Assembly (NCBI GenBank): GCA_963778805.1
Contig: CAVZVT010000005.1
Location: 293,838-357,837 of the forward strand
DNA from: an uncultured Chloroflexia bacterium
GTDB taxonomy: Bacteria > Chloroflexota > Limnocylindria > Limnocylindrales > CSP1-4
Direction: 5' to 3'
DNA: 64,000 nt
In this document: positions 18,777-28,798 of the stretch, one piece after another
How positions within the stretch are numbered: position 1 is the first letter of the stretch
How the letters are laid out: each line of letters starts with the position of its first letter
Made by a program: the position numbers and the translations under genes
Notes under the pieces: generated by a model
The model's database searches: none
What the model was told of the DNA's origin: nothing
What the model saw: the letters and a program-made list of their open reading frames with translations, nothing else

Positions 18777-19651
18777 GTGGGCGACACCTACCTCGAACGG
18801 CTGGCGGCACGGTCCGCCGCGACCGGCACCGTCCTGTGCCTGGGCATCGACCCGGACCCGACGGCCCTGCCCGCGGGCTTCTCGGCGGACCTGCGCGGCG
18901 TCGAGCGGTTCGCGACGCTCCTGGTGGAGGCGGCCGCGCCCTTTGCCGCGGCCGTCAAACCGAACCTCGCGTTCTTCGAGGCGTACGGGTCGGCCGGGAT
19001 GGCCGCCCTTGAGCGGATCCGGGCGACCCTGCCGGGTGATGTGCCGCTGGTCGCGGATGCGAAGCGGGGCGATATCGGGTCGACCGCCGCCCGACAGGCC
19101 GTCGCGCTGTTCGATGTCCTGGGTGCGGACGCCGTGACCGTCAGCCCATATCTGGGCGCCGAGGCGATCGCCCCCCTCCTGGAGCGGGCGGACCGCTTCG
19201 CCTACGTCCTGTGCCGAACCTCGAACCCGGGGGCCGGCGAGTTGCAGGACCTGATCGTGCCTGCGGACCCGGTCCTTCCGGCGCCCGCCGAGGCGCTCCA
19301 TCTGCGCGTGGCCCGTCTCGCCGGCGGCTGGGGGCCGGGGGCACCGTCGGGTTGGTGGTCGGGGCGACGGCGCCGGCCGAGCTCGCCGGCATCCGGGCCG
19401 TGGCCCCGGGACTGGCGTTCCTGGTCCCCGGTGTCGGCGCGCAGGGTGGGGAAGCCGGGCCGGTGCTGGAGCACGGCCGCGCCACGGTCGCACCCAACGG
19501 GCAACGGGCGGGTGGGGGACTCCTGGTCAACGTCTCGCGGGGGATCTCCGGGGCCGCCGGAAGTGCCGCCGAGGCAGGTCCGCGCGACCCCTTCGAGCGG
19601 GTTGCCGCCGCTGCCGCCGACTGGGCCAAACGACTCCCTGTGCTACCCTAA
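18777..19651 (+). CDS. pyrF: orotidine 5'-phosphate decarboxylase (type 2 PyrF) with an apparent frameshift near 19330 in a G-run
   Basis: N-terminal frame: LCLGIDPDP, KPNLAFFEA, DAKRGDIGSTA. The C-terminal motif GTVGLVVGATAP...PGVGAQGG...VNVSRGI lies in the +1 frame after the G-run GGCTGGGGGCCGGGGGC. Confidence 0.8.
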
Positions 19652-19732
19652 CCGCCGCGCTGGACGGTCCGGATCCCCTCGTTCGCGAGCTCGGACCCGG
19701 CGACCCAGACATCGACAGGAGCACCGACGACG

Positions 19733-20107
19733 ATGCCGAACATCGGACCCCTCGAGCTCATCGTGATCCTGGTGATCGCCCTGCTGATCCTCGGCCCCGG
19801 CAAGCTGCCGGAGGTCGGTGCGTCGATCGGCAAGGGTCTCCGCGAATTCCGCAAGGCATCGTCCGATGTCCAGGACTCCATGCAGGTGAACGTCGACACG
19901 TCACCGTTGCCGGCGGCTCCCGTCGCCGCCCGCGGCCGTCGCTGCCGCCCCGGCTGTCGCTGCTGCTCCCGCGGCGGTCGTCGCTGCTGAGCCTGCGGCC
20001 GAGGTGGCTCCAGTCGCGGCCCCAGTGGCCGAAGCGGTCGTCCCGGTCGAAGCTCCGGCCCCCGCCGACGCGCCAGCCGCCAGCGAAACGACGACCGGCA
20101 CCAACTA
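19733..20107 (+). CDS. tatA: twin-arginine translocase subunit TatA/E; C-terminal tail probably frameshifted near 19925
   Basis: MPNIGPLELIVILVIALLILGPGKLPEVGASIGKGLREFRKA is the canonical TatA TM plus amphipathic helix. The given frame ends in an implausible Cys/Arg tail. The alternate frame gives an Ala/Pro-rich tail ending at TAA 20105-20107. Confidence 0.7.
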
Positions 20108-20249
20108 ACCCGTTGCGGCCCGACCCGACCTGATGGCCGACGCGGACGCCATCCTCGACCCGAGCGTGACCGGCGTTCCAACGACCCCGGACCGGCAACG
20201 CCCTGGATCGGCAACGCCACCGGCCGCCGCGCCTGGCGACCAGTCCGTG

Positions 20250-20946
20250 ATGTCCCTCGTGGATCATCTCGGCGAGCTCAGGTCCCGACTGTTCCGCTGC
20301 ATCATCGCGGTCGCCGTCGGATCCGTGATCGGATACTTCGTCGCGACGCCGATCCGGAACTTCCTCATCCAGCCGCTGAGCGTCGGCTGGCGCCCAGCCG
20401 CATGTCCAGGTGCTCGGCCTTGGCGACGCGTTCGTCATCCAGATCAAGATCGCGATCGTCGTGGGCATCATCCTGGCCATGCCAGTCCTGCTCTACCAGC
20501 TGTGGGCATTCATCGCCCCGGGTCTCACGCCAACGGAGCGCCGCACGGTCCGGCCGTGGATCCCGCTGGCGCTGCTGTTCTTCGCGATCGGCGTGACGGT
20601 CGCCTACGTCATCCTGCCGTTCGCCGTCGGGTTCCTCCTGAGCTACACGGACGACGTGCTCGTCCAGGGCATCGCCGCCGGGCCGTACTTCGACTTCGTG
20701 ACGACGATGTTCCTCGCGTTCGGTCTCGTGATGGAATTCCCGATCCTGATGGTCGGTCTGTCGAAGGTCGGGATCCTCACGTCCCAGCGACTCAAGGAGT
20801 CGCGTCGCATGGTCATCCTGGGTATCGCGGTCTTCGCCGCGGTCGTGACGCCCGGTGGCGACCCATTCAGCCCCATCGTCCTCGGCGGCACGATGTACAT
20901 CCTCTTCGAGCTGACGACGCTCTTCATCAAGCGATCCGGCCGTTGA
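20250..20946 (+). CDS. tatC: twin-arginine translocase subunit TatC with an apparent frameshift near 20390 (the start could also be ATG 20133)
   Basis: N-terminal frame: MSLVDHLGELRSRLFRCIIAVAVGSVIGYF...IQPLSVGW. The core is in the second frame: QVLGLGDAFVIQIKIAIVVGIILAMPVLLYQLWAFIAPGL... Confidence 0.8.
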
Positions 20947-20978
20947 TCGGTCGGGGCACCTCGGATGCGACCCCCGGG

Positions 20979-21852
20979 GTGGAGGCGGATCCGTCGGTCG
21001 TCATCGTCAGTGGGCTGAGCGGTGGCGGGAAGACCGCCGCGGCCAAGTTGTTCGAGGACCTCGGCTACACCGTGGTCGACAACCTGCCCGGCGAGCTGCT
21101 CCCGGACCTCGCGGAACTCGTGTCGTCGGACCGTCAACGCTTTGCGCGCGTCGCCATCGTGCTCGATATCCGAGCCCGGGAGCCCGGTCTCGCCCTCGCC
21201 GCGATGCGCGGCGCCCTGGAGGGTCGCGGGATCCGGCCGCGGGTCGTCTTCCTCGAGGCGAGCGACGACGTCCTGATCCGGCGGTTCAGCGAGACTTCGA
21301 CACCGCCATCCCCTCGATGACGACCAGGGCATCGCGAGCGCGATCGCCCAGGAACGCGAGATCCTCGAGCCGCTCCGCGCGGAAGCCGACATCGTCCTCG
21401 ATACCTCGGCGCTGTCGTTGCGCGAGCTCCGCGAGCGACTGTTCGGGCAGCTCGCGACGGCGGCCCGCTCGGACCAGCTCGCCATCCAGCTCATCAGTTT
21501 CGGGTTCAAGTACGGCCTGCCGCTCGAGTCGGACCTCGTGTTCGACGTGCGGTTCATGGAGAACCCGTTCTACATCGCGGACCTGCGGCCGCTCTCCGGG
21601 CTGACCGACGAGGTCAAGGCCTTCGTCCTCGACCAGCCGGTCGCGACCCAGTTCCTCGATTTCCTCTTCGGTTTCCTCGACTTCGCCATCCCGGCCTACA
21701 TCGCCGAGGGCAAGACCCGTCTGGCGATCGCGATCGGCTGCACGGGCGGGTATCACCGTTCGATCGTGGTGACCGAGGAACTGGCCGCCTGGCTCCGCGG
21801 TCGCGATGTCGGTCCCGTCGCGGTCTTCCATCGAGAGCTCGAACGACGATGA
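20979..21852 (+). CDS. rapZ: RNase adaptor protein RapZ (YvcJ, UPF0042 P-loop ATPase), apparent frameshift near 21296 (extra T)
   Basis: VVIVSGLSGGGKTAAAKLFEDLGYTVVDNLP Walker A N-terminus. The C-terminal domain (GFKYGLPLESDLVFDVRFMENPFY) lies in a second frame. Deleting one T at ~21296 restores ...FSETRHRHPLDDDQG.... Confidence 0.8.
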
Positions 21853-23190
21853 ACCTGCGGCGCTGGCTGTCGCCCGGTATCGGCGTCAAGCGCTGGCTCC
21901 TCGTGGTCTTCGTCGGGATGTTGCTGCTGGCCCTTGCCGTCGCGCACACGCTTCGACAGGTCAGCCAGGATCTCGACCCGGGTGGGTTCGCCGGATCGGT
22001 GATCGATCTGCTGACCCTCCAGTTCCTGCCGTACCCGCTTCGTGGCCTGATCGTCGGGGGTGTCGGGATCGGGCTCCTGGCCTACGGATCGTTCCGCGTC
22101 ATCCGGGCGTTCATGGACCCGTTCCGGACGACCGAGGGCGACCAGCCACTCGTCGAGCTGATCTACCAGAAGCGGTTCCTGGCGCGTGGTCCGCGGATCG
22201 TGACCATCGGTGGCGGGACCGGGCTGTCGGCCCTGCTGCGCGGTCTCAAGGAGCACACGAGCAATCTGACGGCGGTCGTCACGGTCGCCGACGACGGCGG
22301 GTCGTCGGGTGTGCTTCGGCACGAGCTCGGGATCCCGCCCGTCGGGGACATCCGCAACTGCATCGCGGCCCTCGCCGATGCCGAGCCGCTCATGAACCAG
22401 CTCCTCCAGTACCGGTTTCCGGATGCGGACGCCGATGCCGATGCCGATGCCGGCGTGCCCGGACTCGGTGGTCATGCCGTGGGCAATCTGCTGATCGCGG
22501 CGATGACCGCGGTGGAAGGCGGCGACTTCGAGGAGGGGGTCCGGCAGATGAACCGGATCCTCGCGGTCCGGGGTCAGGTGCTGCCGGTCTCGGCCACGCC
22601 ACTGACGCTGCACGCCCGGCTTCGAGACGGGACCGTGGTGGACGGACAGTCGCGGATCATGCGGACCAGCGGGATCGACCGCGTGTGGCTGACGCCGGCC
22701 GACGTCGAACCGTCGGAGGATGCGCTGGCCGCGATCGCCGAGGCCGACCTGATCGTCCTTGGCCCGGGGAGTCTCTTCACGAGCCTGCTCCCGAGTCTGC
22801 TCATCCCGGGGATCCGCGACGCGGTCATGACGTCCGGGCGCGACCCGGGCGTTCGTCTGCAACGTCGCGACCCAGGAAGGCGAGACCGACGCCATGGATC
22901 TCGCCGCCCATGTCGAGGCGCTCGTGGCCCACACGGCGCCGGGGATCGTGGACTTCGTCGTCGCGAACAACCAATTCGATGCGCGAGTCCCGGCTGACTG
23001 GACCGCGCAGCCCGTCCGTCTGCGTTGGCCGCCCGCGGTCAGCCCGACGCCGCGGCTGGTCCTGGACGCCGTCGTGGATGCGGACAATGCCCATCACCAT
23101 GACCCGGCCCGATTGGCCGAGACGCTGCTGCGCGCCTTCGAACGCGAGGGCGGGGTCCATCGACACCGCGCCGTCGCCCGGTCGGCTTGA
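21849..23190 (+). CDS. yvcK: gluconeogenesis factor YvcK (UPF0052/CofD-like) with an apparent frameshift near 22840
   Basis: IVTIGGGTGLSALLRGLK, AVVTVADDGGSSG and NLLIAAM motifs in the first frame. The C-terminus (FVCNVATQEGETDAMDLAAHVEALVAH...VDFVVAN) is in the second frame. Confidence 0.8.
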
Positions 23191-23214
23191 GCCGCTTGGC
23201 ATGACCCGCTCCCG

Positions 23215-23980
23215 ATGACGCGCTCCGAGCGCGACCTCGTCACGGCGCTGCGAGCCGAGCTGGCCGCCATCGATCCCGCCCGGCCCTGCGACCGAGCCGC
23301 CGAGTCGATCGGGCTTGGGGCGGACGGCGTCGGATCCGGCGGTTCGCGATGGCCCGGTGGCTCGTCTCGCGGTCCGTCTCCGTCGCGGCGCCGACGATGC
23401 CGCGACACCCTTCGATTGGGCGACCGCGCCCGACCATTGCCGGACCGCGTGGCTCCGTGGGCGGTTCCTCGGCCGCGGCTCGCTCAGCCTCGCCGGTGGA
23501 CGGACCCACCTCGAATTCGTCGTCGCTCCCGATGAGGCACCGGTGCTCGCGGCCCACCTGGGCGACATCGAGCTGCCCGCCTCCTGGCGGCTGCGCCGAG
23601 GCCGTGGGGTCGTCACGTGGAAGAGCGGCGAGACCGTCGGGACGTTCCTGCGACGCATCGGGGCGGGTGGCGCGCTGCTCGAACTCGAGGCCCGGCAGGT
23701 GTCGCGGGCGCTTCGCGGCGACCTCAATCGAGTCCTCAACGCCGACTCCGCGAACCTGCAGCGGGCGGTGAGCGCCGCGGGTCGACAGCTCGACGCCATC
23801 GCGATCCTCGATGCGGATGGGCGACTGGCCAGGCAGCCCGAAGTCGTGCGTCTCGTGGTCGCGGCCCGGACGGAGACCCCGGAGGCGACGCTGTCCGAAC
23901 TGGCGGAACGACTGTCGATCCATCGCTCGCAGGTCCAGCGAGCCCTCGAGCGGGTCGAGCACCTCGCCACTCTGTCATGA
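23215..23980 (+). CDS. whiA: DNA-binding sporulation/cell-cycle regulator WhiA, unusually short (~255 aa), apparent frameshift near 23320
   Basis: N-terminal frame: MTRSERDLVTALRAELAAIDPARPCDRAAESIGL. C-terminal HTH frame: AWLRGRFLGRGSLSLAGGRTHLEFV...RALRGDLNRVLNADSANLQRAVSAAGRQLDAI. Confidence 0.75.
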
Positions 23981-24779
23981 TTCCGGCGATGCGTGACGTG
24001 ATCGTGGCCGCGAACTGGAAGATGCACACGACGCCGGCCGATGCGGGCGAGCTCGCCCGAACCATCGCCAGCCGCACCCGGGAGTCCGGCGTGATCCGGG
24101 TCATCTGTCCGCCCTTCGTGTGCCTGGCCGCGGTGCGGGACGCGCTGTCGAGGCGACGATCCCGACGTGGGGGTCGGGGCCCAGAACGTCCATCACGAGC
24201 TTGCCGGTGCGTTCACGGGCGAGACGTCGGCCCCGATGCTCGCCGGTCTCGCGACGTGGGTCATCGTGGGTCACTCGGAGCGACGCCGCGACGCGGGCGA
24301 GACGGACGAGCTGATCGGTCGCAAGCTCGGCCGGGCCGTGGACGCGGGGCTGCGACCGATCCTGTGCGTCGGTGAACAGCTCGACGAACGCGAGGCCGGC
24401 GACCAGACCGCGGTCGTCGCGCGGCAGCTCACCACCTGCCTCGCCGGCCAGGAGCCCGCCGCGCTCGAGGCGGCGGGTCTGGTCATCGCCTACGAGCCGG
24501 TCTGGGCGATCGGCACGGGCAAGAACGCGAGTGGCCGCGACGCCGCCGACATGGCCGAAGCGATCCGGGCCGCGCTGCGCGGTCTGGGCTGGGGCGAGGC
24601 CGCGGACCGGACGCCGATCCTGTACGGGGGGAGCGTGACCTCCGCGAACATCGGGGAGTTCCTGAACGAGCCGTCCGATCGACGGGGCCCTCGTCGGTGG
24701 TGCCTCGCTCAAGCCCGATGAGATGGCCGGGATCGTGGCCCGTGCGGGTCTGACGGCGCGCGCTCGCGCCAGCGCGTGA
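23977..24779 (+). CDS. tpiA: triosephosphate isomerase with two apparent frameshifts (~24152 and ~24670)
   Basis: VIVAANWKMH N-terminus. Catalytic region VGAQNV...GAFTGETSAPML...IVGHSERR and AYEPVWAIGTG in a second frame. YGGSV...IDGALVGGASLKPDEMAGIV C-terminus in a third frame. Confidence 0.85.
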
Positions 24780-26364
24780 CGACCGCCCGCCGCGACCGAC
24801 CTCGGCCCATCGTCCTCGTCGTCCTCGACGGGTTCGGCATCGGTCACGACCCGGCCGCGGATGCCATCGCCGCCGCGCCGATGCCGACCTGGCGATCCTT
24901 GCTGGCCCGCTGGCCGCATGCCACGCTCGGGGCGTCGGAAGGCGATGTCGGTCTGCCACCGGGTCAGATGGGCAACTCCGAGGTGGGCCACCTCAACCTC
25001 GGCGCCGGACGCCCGGTCCTCCAGGACCTGCCGCGGATCGATGCCGCCATCGCGGATGGTTCGTTCTTCGAGCGACCCGCGTTCCTGGCCGCGTGCGATC
25101 GGGTCGTGGCCACGGGCGGGACGCTCCATCTCGATCAGCCTCATCGGTCCGGGTGGCGTCCACGCCAACGACCGACACCTCGTCGCCCTCGCGGAGCTCG
25201 CCGCCCGTCGTGGCGTCGCCCGTGTGCGCGTCCACGCGCTGCTCGACGGTCGGGACACGGCGCCGCGGTCAGGGCGCGCCTACGTGGCGGACCTGGAGGC
25301 GCGACTCACGCCGGCCCACCCGGACGTCCGGATCGCGACGGTCGGCGGCCGATACTTCGGGATGGATCGCGACGGTCGCTGGGACCGGGTGGAACGCGCC
25401 TACGACGCGATCGTCCATGCCGAATCCGACAACCACTGGCCGGATGCCGACGACGCCGATCCGCAACGCCTACGCGAGCGACGAAGGCGACGAATTCGTG
25501 CGCCCGACCATCATCGAAACGGGCGCGTCGCCCATGGTCGACGGTGACGCCGTCATCCACGCCAACTTCCGTGCGGACCGGGCACGCCAGCTCACGCACG
25601 CCCTCGCCGATGGGCCGTCGTTCGCCGAGTTCGACCGGACCTCACCGTCCGGCCGTCCCGCGCCGACGGACCTGCTCGTCGTCACCATGACCGAGTACGA
25701 GGAAGGGCTCCCGGTGCAGGTGGCCTTCCCGCCCGAGATCGTCCGGTCGCTCGCCGATGCGGTCGCGGAAGCGGGTTGGCGTCAGTTCCACGTGGCGGAG
25801 ACCGAGAAGTACGCCCACGTGACCTACTTCTTCAACGGCGGTCGGGAGGCCCCACATCCCGGGGAGGACCGACGCCTCATCCCGAGCCAGAAGGTCGCGA
25901 CCTACGATCTCGCACCGGCGATGAGCGCCGACGGCGTCACGGACGCCCTGGTCGAGGCGATCGCGAGCGGCACGTACGACGTCATCGTCGCGAACTTCGC
26001 CAACCCGGACATGGTCGGGCACACCGGGGTCTGGGACGCGACGCTCGACGCCCTCGCGACCATCGATGCCTGTCTGACCCGTGTCGTGGCCGCGATCGAA
26101 GCCGTCGACGCCGACGAGCCCGGCGCCCCGGGAGCGCTCCTCGCGATCACCGCCGATCACGGCAACGCGGACCACCTGCGTGACGCCGCGGGCGACCCGG
26201 TCACGGCCCACTCACTCAACCCGGTGCCGTTCGTCCTCGTGGGTCGCGCGGCGCTGGGTCTCGAGCTCCGCGATGGGGTGCTCGCCGATGTCGCACCGAC
26301 GTTGCTCGAACTCGCGGACCTGCCGCCGTGGGAAGGGATGACCGGCCGAAGCCTCATCCTGTGA
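24776..26364 (+). CDS. gpmI: 2,3-bisphosphoglycerate-independent phosphoglycerate mutase (iPGM) with two apparent frameshifts (~25139 and ~25430)
   Basis: LVVLDGFGIG, GQMGNSEVGHLNLGAGR, LIGPGGVHAND, LLDGRDTAP and ITADHGNAD motifs distributed over three frames. Confidence 0.85.
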
Positions 26365-26402
26365 TAGCATCCGTCGCCGTTGCCGCAAGAGGTCGTCGAC
26401 CC

Positions 26403-26633
26403 GTGAATCCGCTCCTGGCCTTCGGCCAGATCATCGTCAGCATCGCGCTCATCATCGCCATCCTGCTTCAGGCGCGTGGGACCGGACTCTCCGGCACGTT
26501 CGGTGGCGATTCGGCCGTCTACCGCAGTCGGCGGGGCGTCGAGCGACGGCTCTGGCAGTTCACGGTGATCCTGCTCGTCCTCTTCGTGGCGTTCTCGCTC
26601 GCGTCGTTCATCTTCGCTCCGGCCACCGCGTAA
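26403..26633 (+). CDS. secG: preprotein translocase subunit SecG
   Basis: ~77 aa. VNPLLAFGQIIVSIALIIAILLQARGTGLSGTFGG followed by a second TM helix. Conserved position after tpiA-pgm. Confidence 0.75.
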   Translation: MNPLLAFGQIIVSIALIIAILLQARGTGLSGTFGGDSAVYRSRRGVERRLWQFTVILLVLFVAFSLASFIFAPATA

Positions 26634-26681
26634 CGCGATGAGCCGGCCGCGACGAGCGGCGTTCCACACGCTCGGAGCCCG

Positions 26682-28418
26682 ATGACCCGGACCGACACCG
26701 CCGTGGTCGGGGCGCTCGTCGTATCGCTCGCGGTCATCGCGGGCCTCGTCGGGATCCCCGCTCTTCAGGCAAGATCCGCCAGCCCCGAACCAACGAGTCC
26801 GTCGTCCGGCTATGCCGAGACCCGGGCGTATCGCGAGGGCATCGTCGGTCATCCGACATCGGTCAGCCCCTTGACCGCCAGGACGCAGGCCGACCGCGAT
26901 CTGGTGGCCCTGATCTTCTCGGGTCTCGTCCGCAACGGTCCTGACGGGACGATCGTGCCCGATCTCGCCGAGCGTTGGTCGGTCGATGCCGACGGCCTCG
27001 TCTGGACGTTCGACCTTCGCCCGGATGCCCGATGGCACGACGGCGAGCCGGTGACCGCTGACGACGTCGTCTACACGATCCAGACGCTCCAGGACAGTGC
27101 CTACACCGGCCCCGGCGCGACGTCGTGGTCGGAGGTCGAGGTCCACGCGGTGTCGCCGACCCGTGTGACCTTCACGCTCACGCATCCGCTGGGGGGCTTC
27201 CTCCAGGCGGCGACGCAACCGATCGCCCCGTCGCACCTCCTCGGCGAGGTCCCGGTGAGCCTGCTGCCGGACCACCCGTTCGGTCAGCAACCGGTCGGGT
27301 CGGGTCCGTTCGCGCTCGAGAGCATGGACGCGGACCATGCACGACTCGTGCCGGCCGTCACCCTGGACGACACCGGCGAAGACGTCGCCGACCCCTCCGC
27401 GGCACCCACCGACTCACTCACGACCGCGAGCCCGACGCTCCGCCCGCAACGACCGATCCCGTATCTGTCGGCCATCGAGTTCGAGTTCTTCGACGATGCC
27501 GACGCGCTCGCGGCGGCCTACCGCGATGGCGACCTGGACGCGGCGTCGGGGCTGTCCCCGGCGATGGCCGCCGAACTTGCCTCGACCGCGGGGAGTCGTC
27601 TGCTGCGCTACCCGGGCTCCACGCTGACGTCGGTCATCCTCAACCTGCGCCCGGATCACCCCGAATTCCGCGACCCGATGGTCCGCACGGCGCTGCTCGA
27701 GGCGATCGACCGGTCCGGGCTGATCGACACGGTCTATGCGTCGGGCGCCGTGGTGGCGCCGGGCCCGATCCCGCCATCTTCGCCACTGTTCGATCCCGCG
27801 GCGGCTCCGGCGGTGGACTACTCGATCGCGGACGCGATCAAGGCCCTCAAGAAGGCCGACTGGACCAAGAAGGACGACGGCTGGTATCTCCCCGGAGCCA
27901 AGGATCCGTTGACCATCGAGGTCCTGAGCCCGGAGGAGGACGCCAACGCCGCGGCCTTCGGTGTGGCCGAGAAGGTCGTCGCCGCCTGGCGAGGGATCGG
28001 GCTTGGTGCGACCCATGTCGCGCTCCCGCCGTCGGAGTTCGTCACCGACCGACTGGCTGCGGCGAAGTTCTCGGCCGCGGTCACCGATGTGGCGATCGGT
28101 CTTGACCCGGATCTCTATCCGCTCCTGGCATCGAGCCAGACGAGGACCGGCGGTTCCAACATCGCCGGCGTGCAGGATCCGGCGCTCGATACGTTGCTGG
28201 AGGCGGCCCGGGCGCCAGGCACGCCAGCGGATCGGTACAACGCCTACTCGGCCCTCCAGAAGCAGCTCGGCAAGGGTCGATACCTGCTCCCGATCGCCTT
28301 CCAGGACGAGGTTGCGGTGGTCCGCGACAGCGTCACCGGACCCGTCGCAAGACAGGTTTCGGGGCCGGAGGACCGATTTTGGGATGTGCTAACATGGCGC
28401 CTCGCTGCCGACCGGTGA
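26682..28418 (+). CDS. ABC transporter substrate-binding protein, family 5 (peptide/nickel type), no transporter partners nearby
   Basis: 578 aa. N-terminal signal/anchor (AVVGALVVSLAVIAGLVGIPALQA), SBP_bac_5 core (DLAERWSVDADGLVWTFDLRPDARWHDGEPVTADDVVYT). No permease or ATPase genes adjacent. Confidence 0.8.
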   Translation: MTRTDTAVVGALVVSLAVIAGLVGIPALQARSASPEPTSPSSGYAETRAYREGIVGHPTSVSPLTARTQADRDLVALIFSGLVRNGPDGTIVPDLAERWSVDADGLVWTFDLRPDARWHDGEPVTADDVVYTIQTLQDSAYTGPGATSWSEVEVHAVSPTRVTFTLTHPLGGFLQAATQPIAPSHLLGEVPVSLLPDHPFGQQPVGSGPFALESMDADHARLVPAVTLDDTGEDVADPSAAPTDSLTTASPTLRPQRPIPYLSAIEFEFFDDADALAAAYRDGDLDAASGLSPAMAAELASTAGSRLLRYPGSTLTSVILNLRPDHPEFRDPMVRTALLEAIDRSGLIDTVYASGAVVAPGPIPPSSPLFDPAAAPAVDYSIADAIKALKKADWTKKDDGWYLPGAKDPLTIEVLSPEEDANAAAFGVAEKVVAAWRGIGLGATHVALPPSEFVTDRLAAAKFSAAVTDVAIGLDPDLYPLLASSQTRTGGSNIAGVQDPALDTLLEAARAPGTPADRYNAYSALQKQLGKGRYLLPIAFQDEVAVVRDSVTGPVARQVSGPEDRFWDVLTWRLAADR

Positions 28419-28438
28419 CCCGGTCGCACGGGGTCCAC

Positions 28439-28525
28439 GCCGAGGTGGCGGAATAGGCAGACGCGCTGGTTTCAGGTACCAGTGGCCGCAAGGTCGTGTG
28501 GGTTCAAGTCCCTCCCTCGGTACCA
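28439..28525 (+). tRNA. tRNA-Leu (anticodon CAG)
   Basis: Acceptor GCCGAGG/CCTCGGT, anticodon arm CTGGT-TTCAGGT-ACCAG, long variable arm, GGTTCAAGTCC T-loop, CCA encoded. Confidence 0.85.
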
Positions 28526-28557
28526 CTCTCCCTCCGGACCCGACAAAGGCGACACCT

Positions 28558-28642
28558 GCCCAGGTGGCGGAATTGGTATACGCGTACGTTTGAGGGGCGT
28601 ATGAGGCAACTCATCCGGGTTCAAGTCCCGGCCTGGGCACCA
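28558..28642 (+). tRNA. tRNA-Leu (anticodon GAG)
   Basis: Acceptor GCCCAGG/CCTGGGC, anticodon arm TACGT-TTGAGGG-GCGTA, long variable arm, GGTTCAAGTCC T-loop, CCA encoded. Confidence 0.8.
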
Positions 28643-28695
28643 ATCCATCGATCGATCTGACGACCGTCCGACAGGGCGGTCGTCATACTGTCCGT

Positions 28696-28772
<77 letters not shown>

Positions 28773-28798
28773 CCCATCGCGTGCGCGGAGGGACACGA

